A stretch of DNA of 64,000 nt from Amoebidium appalachense (Eukaryota; Protista; Ichthyosporea). The DNA lies in the NCBI GenBank assembly GCA_963693365.1, contig CAVNZM010000005.1:930001-994000 (forward strand), written 5' to 3'. Of the stretch, positions 1 through 12,677 are shown one piece after another; the first letter of the stretch is position 1; every line of letters begins with the position of its first letter. The notes below the pieces were generated by a model. The model was not told the origin of the DNA. It saw only the letters and a program-made list of their open reading frames with translations, and did no database searches. The translations under genes and the position numbers were made by a program.

Positions 1-3000
1 CTGATGCCGAGGGTGAAGACGGCCACGACGGCCACGGCAAAGACCAGCAGGAAGGCGTTCTGGAACTCGCTGTAGTTCTTGGGCTCGTAGAAGATCACCG
101 TGCTGTTGAACAGTGCGTGCCTGAAGTCCTTGCCGTCCTGTCCCATGCATGCCACTCATTTGAGTTCAAAGTTATCCCCCCCTCCCCCCATTTCCCCTTC
201 CTCGAGCTTTGCTGCTGCACTCGCTCACCTACTACGCAAACAGGCCCCTCCATGCCCAACATTCCGAATATAAAGGAATGCGACCCAGAAAACACTATCA
301 CTCAATCTGGTCATCTGCCTGTGTGTGCACACACCACAAAAGACCCCCCCCCCCCCCCCCTCCCAAACACACACACACACACACACACACCACCTCTTTC
401 ATACACACACACACACACAAAGAGAGAGAGAGAGAGAGGGCATGCAAGAACACCGACAAGAAAGCACCCTTCCAGCATGCATTTGTAGAAGCCAACAGCC
501 TTACGACCCCCCCCCCCCCCCCCCCCCCGCCCCCGGGGGTAGGGGTTGGGGGGTTGGGGGGTTGGGGGGGGGGGGGGGGAGGGCATGCATGCAACCGCAC
601 ACAGGCGCACTCACGTTGTCCTTGTAGTTGACGATGACGGTCAGGCCGTACTCGCGGTTCTCAAAGCTCTCGTGGGGGCGGAATGGGAACTCAACTGACG
701 CAACAGCACCAGGGGGCACCACAACCTGGAACGGCCGTGCCGTGAACTGCAAAGAGGGGACGGGTCAACGTGTGCACGGGTTGGGAATACATGGGGGGGG
801 GGGGGGGGGGGGGGGGGGGTGGGGGGTTTTGAATGCGTCAAAAAGTACGAAGTACACAAGAACAAGCGGATAACACGATGCAGAATGCAAGCCATTCATA
901 AAGAGTATGCATAATAAGCAGAGCCCATCTTCAGGGGGGTCCCACGTCATCCACAGTACCCGAGTTTCGACCTATTCACCTCGTTAACGAAACCCAACTC
1001 AGATACTGTTTCACTTGAACATGGGTAGGTCACCCGTCTTGATCAAAGACGAGCAGGGTTGCTTATGCAGGCAAGGGCAGTGGGAAAGGCCGGGGGTTAA
1101 AGTTGCAGCAGTAAGCAGAAGAGAGAAATATATAGATAGGAACTCAGGAGACGGGGCTTCTAGGAAGCTCCCCCGTCGCTACCTAAGTCGATACTTCCCT
1201 GGCTAACATACTACACCAGCTGAAAAGAATTAAGTCCCGAAGGCCGCAGAACTAGCAATCAGAGGGGAAAATATGAGATTTGACGGGGGGGGGGGGGGGG
1301 GGGGGGGGGGGGACAAAAAGAGGTAGCTAAGCGTTGGGGTGTGCAGTAAGGGTGTGCGGATCGTGCATTGCTGAAATACATATAACCGTCCCCCCCCCCC
1401 CCCCCCCCCCCCCGGGGGGGGGTAGATGCCCGCGTTCGCTCTTCTCACCTCCCCCCTCCCTCCCTCCCCCCCCCCCTCCCCACACACGCACACATACACG
1501 TGCAACCTATACAGCGTGCCCCTGGTGCAACATAGCAATCGCCAGAAAAAAAAAACTAGACACACCCATATTTTCCTATTACCAACCCTTCCGCCCTCCC
1601 CCCCCTCCTCCACCACAAAAAATAAGAAGAAGAGCCCTGCAAAAAAGGCCACATAGATAACCCATACCAGTTCATTCACGCAGCCTCCATCTCTGTCGCC
1701 CCCAATGCACTGAGCCAGCCCCCCATCCCCACCCCCCTTCATCCTACACACCGATACCCACACCCACACCACACAGGCACGTACGTTGAACAGGCGGAAA
1801 TCCCACTGCTGGGGGTAGCGGATGGAAGCCTCGATGCTCTCGACGAGGAAGTAGCCCTTGCCCGTGTTGCGCAGGCCAGCAAGCATGTACTGGGCCTCCC
1901 CGGCAACAAACTCCGTGGCATTGCCCGTGGACGTGAACAGCACGTGTGACTCGAGGTTGGGGTGCCGCAGGATCTGGGGGTGCAGCGTGCATAGGTTAGG
2001 TGGCGTGGAATAGGCCGTGTGTGGGTGTGTGTGCGTTGTTGGGGGGGGGGGGGGGGGGGGGGGGGTATGTGTTACAGACTACGAAGCACACATTCATGAC
2101 GGGCAACAGAATGCAGATTACAAGGGGGGGAGGGGGGAGGGGAGGAGGAGCCGGGGGGGGGGGGGGGGGGGGGGTTGATGCTGAGAAAGCAGGTAGATGA
2201 CGCATACAGGAGAAAATGGGACATTGGGCGGGTGTGTGGGAAGGTTTTGTATGTTAATGCGTATCAAAGGTACACAGGGTCGTCACTATAGTGTGCACCC
2301 CCCTGCTTGGCAAACGGCACGGGCACCCATGCACATGTACGTACATGTGATGGGGACGTGCAGGCGGTAATCAACAGGGCCTTTCTCAATCAAGATCAAC
2401 CCAACCTCCTGCCCCTTCCCCTCCCCACAATACACACCTCCCCCCCACCACCCCTCAAACTCCCTATTCAGAAGGCACACTCATATGTGCCGAGAACAAA
2501 GTTGTGCAAGTATTTTGCATTTATGGCGTATAACCATAATATTAGACTTTGTTAGTAATATAAAAGGAGAAAAAGGTATTTAGTTGCCTTGGCAACCATA
2601 GACCAGAAGAGGAGTTGAAAAGGAGTTGTCGATGACGTTATTTGAAATACACCATGAAGATGACAAGCCCCACGAGCATTATTCAATTGCATGCTCATGT
2701 GTTTGCGTAATGGGGAAGAGACAAAGAGACGAAAAGAATTGGTTGCACTACAGCCTGCCGGCATCACGATTAATATGCATGCCATCTGCACGAAGCTAGG
2801 AAAACACGTGGCTGTGTGTGAGCCTGTTGCGGTGGTGGTTGTGGTTGCATGGGTGAGGAGCAGGGGAGGGGAGGAGTAGGGGAGGGGGGGATCGTAGTAG
2901 GGAAGGCAATATGCAACAAATGTGGCTTGATGCGTAGTGCAGAGCACTGGTAGGCAGTAAACTAGCCTGGCGACATCTCGCTCCACAGGCGTACTAAAGC

Positions 3001-4338
3001 ATGGGGAAAGGGAGAGTATTCACACAGTACTGTGTAACCAACTCCACGTGAATGTGTGTAGCTATGCATCGGTAAGAAATCGGGCAAGGATATGAACGAC
3101 AGAGTTGACTTGCCAAACCCAGCACCAAGGTCGCTCTCTCATGCACAAATGAAATAAAAAGGGATGGGGATGTGTGTGCTTGTCTTACAGAGACAGAGGG
3201 GCTGGCAGAAAACAGAAGGGTCGAAGGAAGGGGAGTTGAGGCAGAAAACGTTTCACCGTAACAGAAAAAAAACTATGGCGAACCACTGCGTCTATCTAGA
3301 GCATTCATGCACACCGTGTATGCTGTACAACGTTTGTTTCCAAAGTGTACGATGTTCTTCCCCAACGACACACAATTCTACCATAGCATACGGGTGGCAT
3401 ACCCATGTAAATGTGCAGTTGTTGTCCACACCCAGGTGCCCCCTCCCCCCTTCCCCCCCCCTCCCTCCCCCCCCCTCGCCCCCCGGCCATGCTCACCCAC
3501 CCCTCACTCCCCCAGTTTTCAAAAACACACATACACCAGCAGCGCCCTTCCCGCCCCTCTCCCCCCAACACACCTTCTGGTTGTCCCCTCTTCCTTAACG
3601 TGTCTCCCGTCCTGGCCACAGACACAAACACTTGCAGACAAAATACAAAGGCAGAGTAAACAACCCCCATAAGAACAAAACCTACCCCACATCTTCCCGC
3701 CCACTCTTTCCTCCACTCCCCCCCTCCCTCCGCCCTTCCCCTCCATGCACACACTCCAACCCACTTACGTGGTCGCCAGCAAAAATGCCCTCCTCAAAGG
3801 CTGCCTCGCTCACGTGCTCCTCCCCAGCAGCAGGCTTCTCCCCGCCGGCTGCTGCTCCTTCGGACTCCGTCTCCACAGACACGTCCTCCTCTGCCCGTGC
3901 AAAACCTGTCCCGGCCCCAGAAAATGTAATTCACACTCAAATAAAGTGGCTAGCTGTACAGCTAGATTAACTAGAGTCAGAAGCCGGCGGCTGAACCTGA
4001 AGCATTTCTTACCTCTGGGGAGCAACGAAAAGAATGGACTTCGGGAAGTAACAGCAAGAGAGACCAACTGGTGCACGTGAATAGGCGGGGCCGTGAAACC
4101 ACACCACTTACTGGAAACGACACGTTTTGTAATCTTTGCCCCTGTAAGCCAACCTCAAAGATGACGGGGGTAGTCTGGTGTGTAAGTAATCAAATTGCCA
4201 AGCTGCCAGGCTATAGCAGCCTCTGGTCAGTGTGTAAGCCACCTGTGCCAGAACACACGAAGCAACAGGAACGGATCACATACCTGCAAAGGCGAGGGCG
4301 CCAAGAAGAAGAAGCGACAGCGGCCTGTTGAACTTCAT
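1..4338 (-). CDS. SSR1: Translocon-associated protein subunit alpha (signal sequence receptor alpha), spliced, 3' end runs off the window
   Basis: GT-AG exons 4338-4284, 3905-3769, 1973-1785, 746-615 and 137-<1 join in frame. The product has a signal peptide (MKFNRPLSLLLLGALAFAGFARA) and an acidic stretch. It then reads ...YMLAGLRNTGKGYFLVESIEASIRYPQQWDFRLFNFTARPFQVVVPPGAVASVEFPFRPHESFENREYGLTVIVNYKDNDGKDFRHALFNSTVIFYE, followed by a TM helix. This matches the TRAP-alpha pattern (F.VESL.AS.RYPQ, NFT, VVPP, F.P, YGL...NYKD, FN.TV). Confidence 0.93.
829..1076 (-). ncRNA. Structured intronic repeat element, copy 1 (hammerhead-like core, pseudoknot), in SSR1 intron, sense to host
   Basis: Homologous to 62354-62619 (38 nt identical: 1032-1069 vs 62575-62612) and to 27223-27379. 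Helices show compensatory and G-U changes that favour the minus strand. RNA function is inferred. Confidence 0.6.
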
Positions 4339-5239
4339 TTTCTACTAAGCTAATCAACAAAAGGCTGACGGCTGAAAAAAAAAAAAAGGGGGTGAGAAGG
4401 AAAATGATAAAATGCTCGACGGAATGCACACAGCTGTATCATACGGACAAGGCTTTTGGCGCGCGCGGTATTTCCAGCCACGTCTTTCAAGCTTGCCTAA
4501 CAACCACAATGTCAAACTGGATTGTGATTGGCTTGAGGCAATTTATTGACCGCAATAATAATTCCTTTCAAAAGCCGTGAAGTTCTGCCGGTGATCACCA
4601 TGACACCGAGAACAAGTCAACTCGTCAGTCATGCATGATCAAGTCATATTCACCGTGCAACCATTACCCCCTAAACCTATGTGCCGACGATGCCTTGCAT
4701 TGAGTAGGTGAGTCAAATTTTGAGAGCAATGCACACATACGAGTTTGCAGAACTGATTTGTGATGCGTCCTGTGGCATCCCCGCGTACTCGGACTTCACA
4801 CGACCTCTCTCTCTACTTGTATATTGCTCAAGTAGTTGACTCGAGGACAAGGGCGAGAAATCTCGCCAGGAACTTATGTAGCTATAACAAAAACGAAATT
4901 CTTGAGATTATGAAGGAATAACCCGTTGATCAAAGCTGTGTTGCAGCGTGACCTCCCGTTCGTCGTTTAAAGGAACCACTCCACGTATTGTGAGGAGCAC
5001 CGGAAGCCGTATGCTCCTAGACCAATACACGTCTACCTTAGAAACTGCCTGCAACCAGTAAACTCGCTTCTGCTTTACATGTTTTCTTCGGACTTGTTTG
5101 AAGTATTTTTTTTTTTTTTCGCTTGTGACCTGCAATCCGAGTGCTTCCTGAGAGCACGAATACGGGTCAGCTATTTCTCTTCCCACTGTTCCTTGCAGCC
5201 CGGACTAACTGTGCGTTTGCGCAAAAACCCAAAAAAGCC

Positions 5240-6590
5240 CCCCTTTCTTTCCCTCCTGCACTCCTTTATGCTGATGATGTGTGTTTGCTCGCCCACTGCC
5301 CTCGCCATTTACAACGCTTGTTTAATGTGGTCACGACCTGGGGTAAGAACAATCTAATGGAAGCTAACACATCTAAATTTGGTGTTATTGTCCCTCCTCC
5401 CTCTGTATCCCACCCCAACCCCCACCAGGCTTTCTTCCTCTTTGATGCCCTTGTCCTAGTTACGCCTGTTTATGAGTACCTAGGTATCCCTATTAATTGT
5501 GACGGCATCATGTTTATTGGTATGGTTCGTCAACGTGTGTCAAGTGCTAGAAAACAGCTGAATTTGTTCCAACATAACCACTTCCGTGATATTAGCTTGC
5601 ACCCACTTAATCGTGTCTTTGTCTTCGCACATTTGTCCTGCCTACATGTGAATATGGTTTACCCTTGCTAGCTGCTCTGCATGAAAATGATATATCGGAG
5701 TGTTTGCAACCCTTAGAAGAGTTTTTGTGTGAAGATATTCCGTCGTTTCTTAGTAAAGATTGTGGTAAAACTTCTACTACTACTGTTTTGTCTGTATTTG
5801 GTTTGCTGCGTGCTCGTGCCCGACTTACTCCCCTCGCGCTTAAATTTCATTTACATCTGTGTGGCCTCAAAGCTTTATTCCCGTCCTATCCTCTTTTCTC
5901 TCTTTCTGATCCCGTCCTCTCTTTTTCTGCTCTTCCCCCCTCTCCCCCCCCTTGCAATCCCAATCCACACACCCTTTTTTCCCCGAGTACCAATCCCTAT
6001 CGATTGTGAAGGAGTACTTTACGTGGCGTGCTATTCCGGCGGAAGATAGACCAGATGATTGCTCGCACTTAATGGGACTGTGTTTAGTGGATCGTTTCTT
6101 GTATAACTATCGTTCAGAACAGTTGTGTAATTATGCAAAGGGTAGGGAATTGCTCCCAGTACAATAGTGAGCGTGTGGGTAAATCTCTAATAGACCAGTT
6201 TGTATATGAGTTGCCGTTTTCTTATTGTGTGAACGCTTTACAGTGGAGATGTAACAAATACAAAGCTTTTAGATATGTATGCTACACCAAACAACACACC
6301 GCACCGTTTTAAACGAACATGTCCCCAAAAATGTGGTTTGCTCTCAACCTGTATTCCTCCAGACATACACACCCGATTTACCCGGGCCCATACACAATGT
6401 TACACACAACATGCCACAGTGAAAGACCTACCGAATTTTACTGTGCTTGATTTCATACTTAATTAACTCTGGCGAATTTCTACTATTCCAAAAGTGTATG
6501 GATTATCTGGACAAAAATGTAATACGGTGTCAGAATGCTGACTAGGGCCGGTGTACTTGAAAAAAAAAAGAAAAAAAAAAAAGAAAAAAA
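5240..6590 (+). mobile_element. 5'-truncated, frameshifted non-LTR (LINE-like) retrotransposon: RT C-terminal half plus 3' end and A-rich tail
   Basis: PALLYADDVCLL (YADD catalytic motif), LQRLFNVVTTWGKNNLMEANTSKF, YEYLGIPI, and after a frameshift FRTFVLPTCEYG (thumb motif). A Cys/His-containing C-terminus follows (QWRCNKYK...HRFKRTCPQKC...VLDFILN). A-rich tail at about 6560-6590. Confidence 0.85.
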
Positions 6591-8045
6591 CTCACCTTGT
6601 CTTGCCCTTTTCAAAAGAATAAGATTGCAGCGCGAACTCACCCAAGCTCTTCGCCGGCCTTAGTCCCGTTTCTACTTCTAGGTGTTTTCTGGAAGCCCCT
6701 CTTGCCACAACCCACCGTGACCAGTCACAAGTGCTTGAGCATGCACGGCAAGTGCAAGCTTGGCACTCAGCCACTAGCTAGTGCCAGATACCACATAAAT
6801 AAACATTTCTGTTTGCCTTTCCCGTTAGGAGGTCGCCTGTAAGTGTGGGGTTATCACTCCCGGACCGGCCTTGAAGTGCTTCTGAGCTCTCCCCCGTCTC
6901 ATCCACACACCTACACTACTGCATGTACGTATACACACACACACACACACACGGGCGCGCCGCAGACGCGCCGCATCCATGCGTTCTTTTGAGGTACATG
7001 GCTGTAGGTATACATGTCATTGAGACGGGTTTACGGACAGCCTGTGTAAGGGCACCACCCCGTGAAGCGCAAGGCAGTGAAGGGGCAGGGATGATGGGGG
7101 GAAGGGGAGGGGAGCAAAGGTTATCAACGGTGCACAGTGGAAGGTGCGAGCCTCGGTGCTATTAGGGTACATATTCACTACATACATATTAGAGCTCGAG
7201 AACGAGTGTGCCACGTTGAAAAGGAACTCCGACTCTGTTGTGACCCAACAACGTGCACTACTAAAGGTAGTATGTAGCTAACGTGTAGCAACTCTGTGCT
7301 GCCAATGTATACACAACTAACACTGGGAGGTAGCCCACAAGATGTATGCTCCTCGTTGATAACAACGCCGGCTTCCCACCAATGTGCCTATAGGATACAC
7401 CCAACCGGTTCGAAGCTTAAGTGACCGCAGCAATTAAAGCTTATTTTCCGAAGAGTCTGATCAACCATCATAATGAAGGTGTTGCAACAACAAAGCCTTG
7501 ATAAGACCTCTGATAAACCTGACTTGGAAGGAAAGTAATTTAGGCTCCTCCGTTTTTCGAACTCAGAACGACGAGGGAGAGGAAAAGAAAAGACGAGATC
7601 GGAGTGCGAGCGAGAAAGAGCTTGGAGAGAGGGAAGCTTGCTAGGTGCGGGGGGGGGGGCCCGGGGGGGGGGGGTGAGGGGAAGGGACGCTTGAGGAGGG
7701 GAGAGAGTTACGGTGCAAGGAGAAGAGTGTTCAATGTGAGAGAGAAAGGGGGGTAGAGGGAGCGAAGGGGTGTAAAGAGAAAGAGAAAGATTTTGAGTGA
7801 CTGAGTGGGGGCGGGGGTGTCGGAGGGTGGGGGGGGGGGGAAGAGAGAGAGAGAAAGAGAAAGAGAGTCGGAGAGAGAGAGAATTAGGGGGTGGGGGGAG
7901 GGGGGGGGGGAGATAGAGACTCGGAGAGAATTACGGGTGGGGAGGGAGGGAGAGAAAGAGAGGGGGGGGGGGGGGGGAGGGGGAGGGAGGGGGAGAGAGA
8001 GAGAGAGAGATGAGAGACGAGAGAGAGAGAGACAGACAGAGAGAG

Positions 8046-8148
<103 letters not shown>

Positions 8149-10343
8149 GGAGGGAGGGAGGGAGGGAGGGAGGGAAAGAGAGAGAGAGAGAAGAGAAAGA
8201 AGAAGTCTCAATTGGAGAGGAAGGCCCGGGAGGGAGTGACTCCAGCCGGGGCCAGGGGCGAGTCTATGACAGTGTCGGAGAGGGCAGGGAGGGGGAGGAA
8301 AGGGTATCTCGAGGGATTGAAGATCCAGAGCGAATAAGAGAAAGAAAGGGAGTGACTCCTGAGAGGGAGGGGAGAGACTCTGAACCCCCGACAAACTGGG
8401 GGGGGGGGGGGGGGGGGAAGAGAGCGTGCGCGCGCCGCAAGAGAGGGAGAGAGGGAGAAAGGGGGTGGTGGGGAGGGAGAGAGTATGCGGATAAAGAGAG
8501 ATAGAGAACAGAGAGAGAGAGAGAGAGAGAGTCGGAGAGAAAGAAGGGGAGAGAGGGGGGGGGGGGGGGGGGGTTGGGAGGGCCCGGGAGAGAGAGAGAG
8601 GGAGAGAGAGACACTAGCGAGAAAGTAGGAGCGAGAGCGCAAGAGCAAGAAAACTAGTGAGAGAACTGACAAGGCAACAACGGTGGCCCGGGTTTGCGGG
8701 GGCATGAAATCATAACTGCTAACCGCGCTGACGTTGCAGGGGACTGAGAAGACACCTGGAAAGTCCTTGCCATGCACCATGGGCGTCAACTTGAAAAAGA
8801 GAGTCAGTGAGTCGTGAGAACGTATGTATGCAACGATTGAACTTCCGAACCGGGTCACATCGGATAAATGCATTTGCCAACTTGTAGCCTGAGAGTGGCC
8901 GAAACCTCCAGCTGTGTCGCAACGTTCCTGTAGCCTTATTGACTTTATGTGACAGCTGGAGAGAGTTTCAGATCGCGTTCTGCCATGCCTTGGAACCATT
9001 CAATCCTGTGCCTGAGCACACGTCACGGGACATGTCACATGGACCGCCACGGAGAACCAAGTCGCTGTGAACCCACCGACCGGCGGCACGCACCCGTCAC
9101 CACCGAAACCCTCAGTGACGGCCCAGACAGTGAGTCAGGTGGTCCCATATGCATATATGCATGTGGCCAGGGCCTCCATGGCCAGGCCTTCTGCAGGCCC
9201 CCGGCCGACGGGAGGGCAACGGGCTGACGGGCTGTCACCTGACAACCAAGCGTGGTGATAAGGAGGCCTTGCTGACAACAGCCGGGCCGACAAGGAAAAG
9301 TTCTGCCAGTGGGCTCTGGATTATGGCGCCACGTCTACGGCATTTCATCTCATCAATATCATAGCCAAATAAGGCTAGAAAGGTAATCTTGATTTACGAT
9401 TGGTCCGCACAGTTGCTACAGGAGCACGACATTCCACAGGCCACCACGAACTGTCGAGTTGCTCGAGCTAACGCACCACTGTCCCAACACCAATGTAGAA
9501 TGACTCCTTACGTTCAAATTGTTTCTATTTTCGAATAATTGTTAATTTTATTCTATTAGAAACCCCCTTCTATTGTTCTGCGAGTTTTTAACCATTCATT
9601 GACATCAGGTCAGAAAAAACAAGATCTTTTATCGCTGGTTGGATTGGTTGTGTGGATCTTGAATCCTAACTGATTGGAATATGCCCGACCGTACGTGACT
9701 GCGCAACACAATCAGTGCATGTTGGCTAAGCATTCCATTAAAAAAGCTAATAAATTGTTTTATCCGATTATGCAATTCAAGTATATCCATAGTCTAAGGG
9801 CAGAAAGCATTCAAAATAATTTGTGATGAATGTGATGCAGCAGAAATTATGTTTGTGGTTCATCGCAATGTTCCAACTACATATTTTAAATAATTGTTAT
9901 AATGAATAAAACGATAAGGTGATGAGCACTATATATATAATTCAATTTCGAATATCCGTTGTTCACAACCAGCACCAATGATATCCAAAAGGGTTAAATA
10001 TCCAATTCGTTGTGTAAATGTCGCAAATTATGCCGTATGACTCATCAATAAATGGCTTCATGTTTTCTGGCCTCTAATGTCTAAGCTCGAGAAGCAAAGC
10101 ATATAGATGACAAACAGATGAATATTCAGGCGATATTTTTATCGGTGTTCTCATTATAAGCGCTTTTTTATTTTCTATAGACCTAGGCCCGTAGCAAAAG
10201 GTACCTGAGAATGTGCATTCCATCGCGCCCAGGGGTTAAAATTACGGTGCCACTTGGCAGTAAAAAAGCCACCTGAAATCCGAAAAAAGCCCGTTGACGC
10301 GGACCGCTAGTTCCACTGAAGTCTGTGCCAGTGGCACTGTATA

Positions 10344-10391
<48 letters not shown>

Positions 10392-10837
10392 AACATATAT
10401 GTGTATATATATATATGTATGTATGTATGTGCAAGTGGCACTGTAAAACACAGTCGGGGTTACGAAAATATGCACCGGATTCCCGAAAAACCACTATGAT
10501 AAAAACGAATTTTAAGCCCTGCTCGCGCCCATTTACAGTCTCGTACTGATTTGATTACCGCAGCCTTCCGATTGGCTCCAGGTCATGAGTGGGAGCTGCC
10601 TGGCTGTTTCGAACTGGCGAACCCACTACACTCATGAAATGCCAGCAAGCAGACTGGCTTCTCACAGTCGCACACACTGTTCGTTTGCTTTCAAACGTAT
10701 CCGTCAATTGTTGCAGTATTATTACCAGCAGGAGTATGATTTAGCGTAGGTGGCATATACTGTATGCTCTATGATATATGACACAACACTGCTTTTAGGA
10801 TTGGATATTAGTGTCAGAGCAATTCGCACACGCAAGC

Positions 10838-12032
10838 ATGCCGCCGTTCAGCTTCAAGCGGCTGAAAGAAGCGCTGGCTACAGTTGATTTCCAGCACTCG
10901 CGGGGCCCCATGTCAACCTGTTCCTCCACACAAGACCCTGCGTTGTGGTCCACAACTTCTCTTCCTTCAGAATCGCCTATCGGCGAGAAAAAGAGCGGCG
11001 ATCTGGCACTTGAACCGACAGACACCTCATACAACGACCTGCGGATAGTTCTTACAAAGTTCAAAGTTCATGCAGGTGACTCTCCAAAAGTATTAAAGAC
11101 AAGCAAACTGCGCCCGTTGGAACGAAAGGGCAGCACCAGCGATTTCTCGGCCATAATGAGGAGCCCAAAGCCCCGTGGACGAAGTGACAGCGCCTCAATA
11201 AAGGTAAGAAATCACAGCACGAGGCATATTTTTGAACAGTTCTGGAACTGGGGCGCTTGTTGCAGATCTAGATCTAGACAACAGAGCAGTAGTGCACAAG
11301 TACTACATTTAGGCTGTCAAGACTTGGTTGTGTATGTGGCACTGTAAGAGCACTGTGAACGCGGCTTTCGTAGGCGTAAAGTGTACTTGAATTGGCAGTG
11401 TTGCAGTTTTAAATATCCTAGACTCTCGGTTCGAAGACAAGGCAAGAATTCCCTGTGCTGAGTCGCGTGTTTACACTCTCCGTCAGACTCTAGCCAATGA
11501 GTTTCGGCAGTACTTCGAATGATACTGACTCGTCTTTGCCCCGCAGGCTGTTGCTGAATTTCTTGCCGAGCACTCGGGCCCAGTGCTCTGGCGCCGCAGT
11601 GCTTCGTTCAGCCAAATCACTGACTTCTCAGCGCTCCTGCATGCCCCCAAGCCACGAGGTGCCGAGGACACGCGGTCCGACAGCGCCATGATTGCCTTTC
11701 TGCAGCACAAGTGCAGTGGCTGCAATGTGCGGGCAACCTTTAAAGAGAAGTTCCGCCACTGCCAGTGTGATATGGCCTACTACTGCTCGGCAGAGTGCCA
11801 GAGGAAAGACTGGCCCAGCCACCGCAAAACGGGCAAGCACTGCGCCAACTGCAGGAAGGGCGGCAACAACCTGCCCAGGCAGCACATAGAGTGCAGCTGC
11901 ACCACCGTGGTCTACTGCTCCCCGGAGTGCCAAGAGGCCCACTGGGTCTTCCACTGCCGTGTCCATGTCCCTGCAAACAAAAGTCCTTTTAACCCTGCTA
12001 CAAACAAACAGCAGCAATTAGTTCTTGCCTGA
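10838..12032 (+). CDS. Two-exon protein with tandem MYND-type zinc fingers
   Basis: Exon 10838-11203 (AAG|gtaaga) and exon 11547-12032 (ctgac branch point, ccgcag acceptor) are in frame. CSGC...CQCDMAYYCSAECQRKDWPSH and CANC...CSCTTVVYCSPECQEAHWVFH both fit the MYND signature YCS.ECQ...W..H. Confidence 0.88.
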
Positions 12033-12336
12033 TACGTATACATATATTATAAGTAACTGGCACTGTTGTTGTTGAATTGCTAAAAGTTAACCCGCCTCAC
12101 TCACCATAGGTGGTGGTTGGGGCATGCACGAAATTGGTATGAATGAGGCCGTCTCTGCTTGAGAAATTAGAGGCGGAACCTTTAACTCTATCTAGGTATG
12201 TGACGCAGACCTCCGTCCACTTGTATAGCAGATGAAGAACTATAATTTTAGGTGGTTCCGGTCCGCGGTATTTGAAACTGGCTGTCAGCCTTTAGATATG
12301 AGCTAACGAATGGGACAAACGTGATATGTAGAAATA

Positions 12337-12677
12337 TGAACTACATATATGTATGGAACAAAGAAAAAGCTTTGTGCAACTGTATCAGGTGGCACTCTAA
12401 GCTTGAAATATAGGGAGTTGTAATAAAACCTGTTGCACTTTGTTAATCATCCAGTTTCACTTTGAGAAGCACAAGCCCAGGACCGCTACAGTGCACCTAT
12501 GTACGTTGAACTACATATATGTATGGAACAAAGAAAAAGCTTTGTGCAACTGTATCAGGTGGCACTCTAAGCTTGAAATTTAGGGAGTTGTAATAAAACC
12601 TGTTGCACTTTGTTAATCGTCCAGTTTCACTTTGAGAAGCACAAGCCCAGGACCGCTACCGTGCACCTATGTACGTT
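12337..12677. repeat. Direct tandem duplication, 2 x 170 bp
   Basis: tgaactacatatatgtatggaac...cacctatgtacgt occurs at 12337 and 12507 with only a few substitutions. Confidence 0.95.

Noticed and set aside
940-1035. Resemblance of the structured element to 7SL/SRP RNA (AGGTCGAAACTC, GGTGACCT), 5S rRNA, U2 or TPP/SAM riboswitches
   Set aside because: Only short word matches. No SRP helix-8 motif, 5S boxes, Sm site or riboswitch consensus in the right order.
4013-4067. Possible extra SSR1 exon with a strong donor (AG|gtaaga)
   Set aside because: No nearby acceptor preserves the frame, and exons 4338-4284 and 3905-3769 already join correctly.
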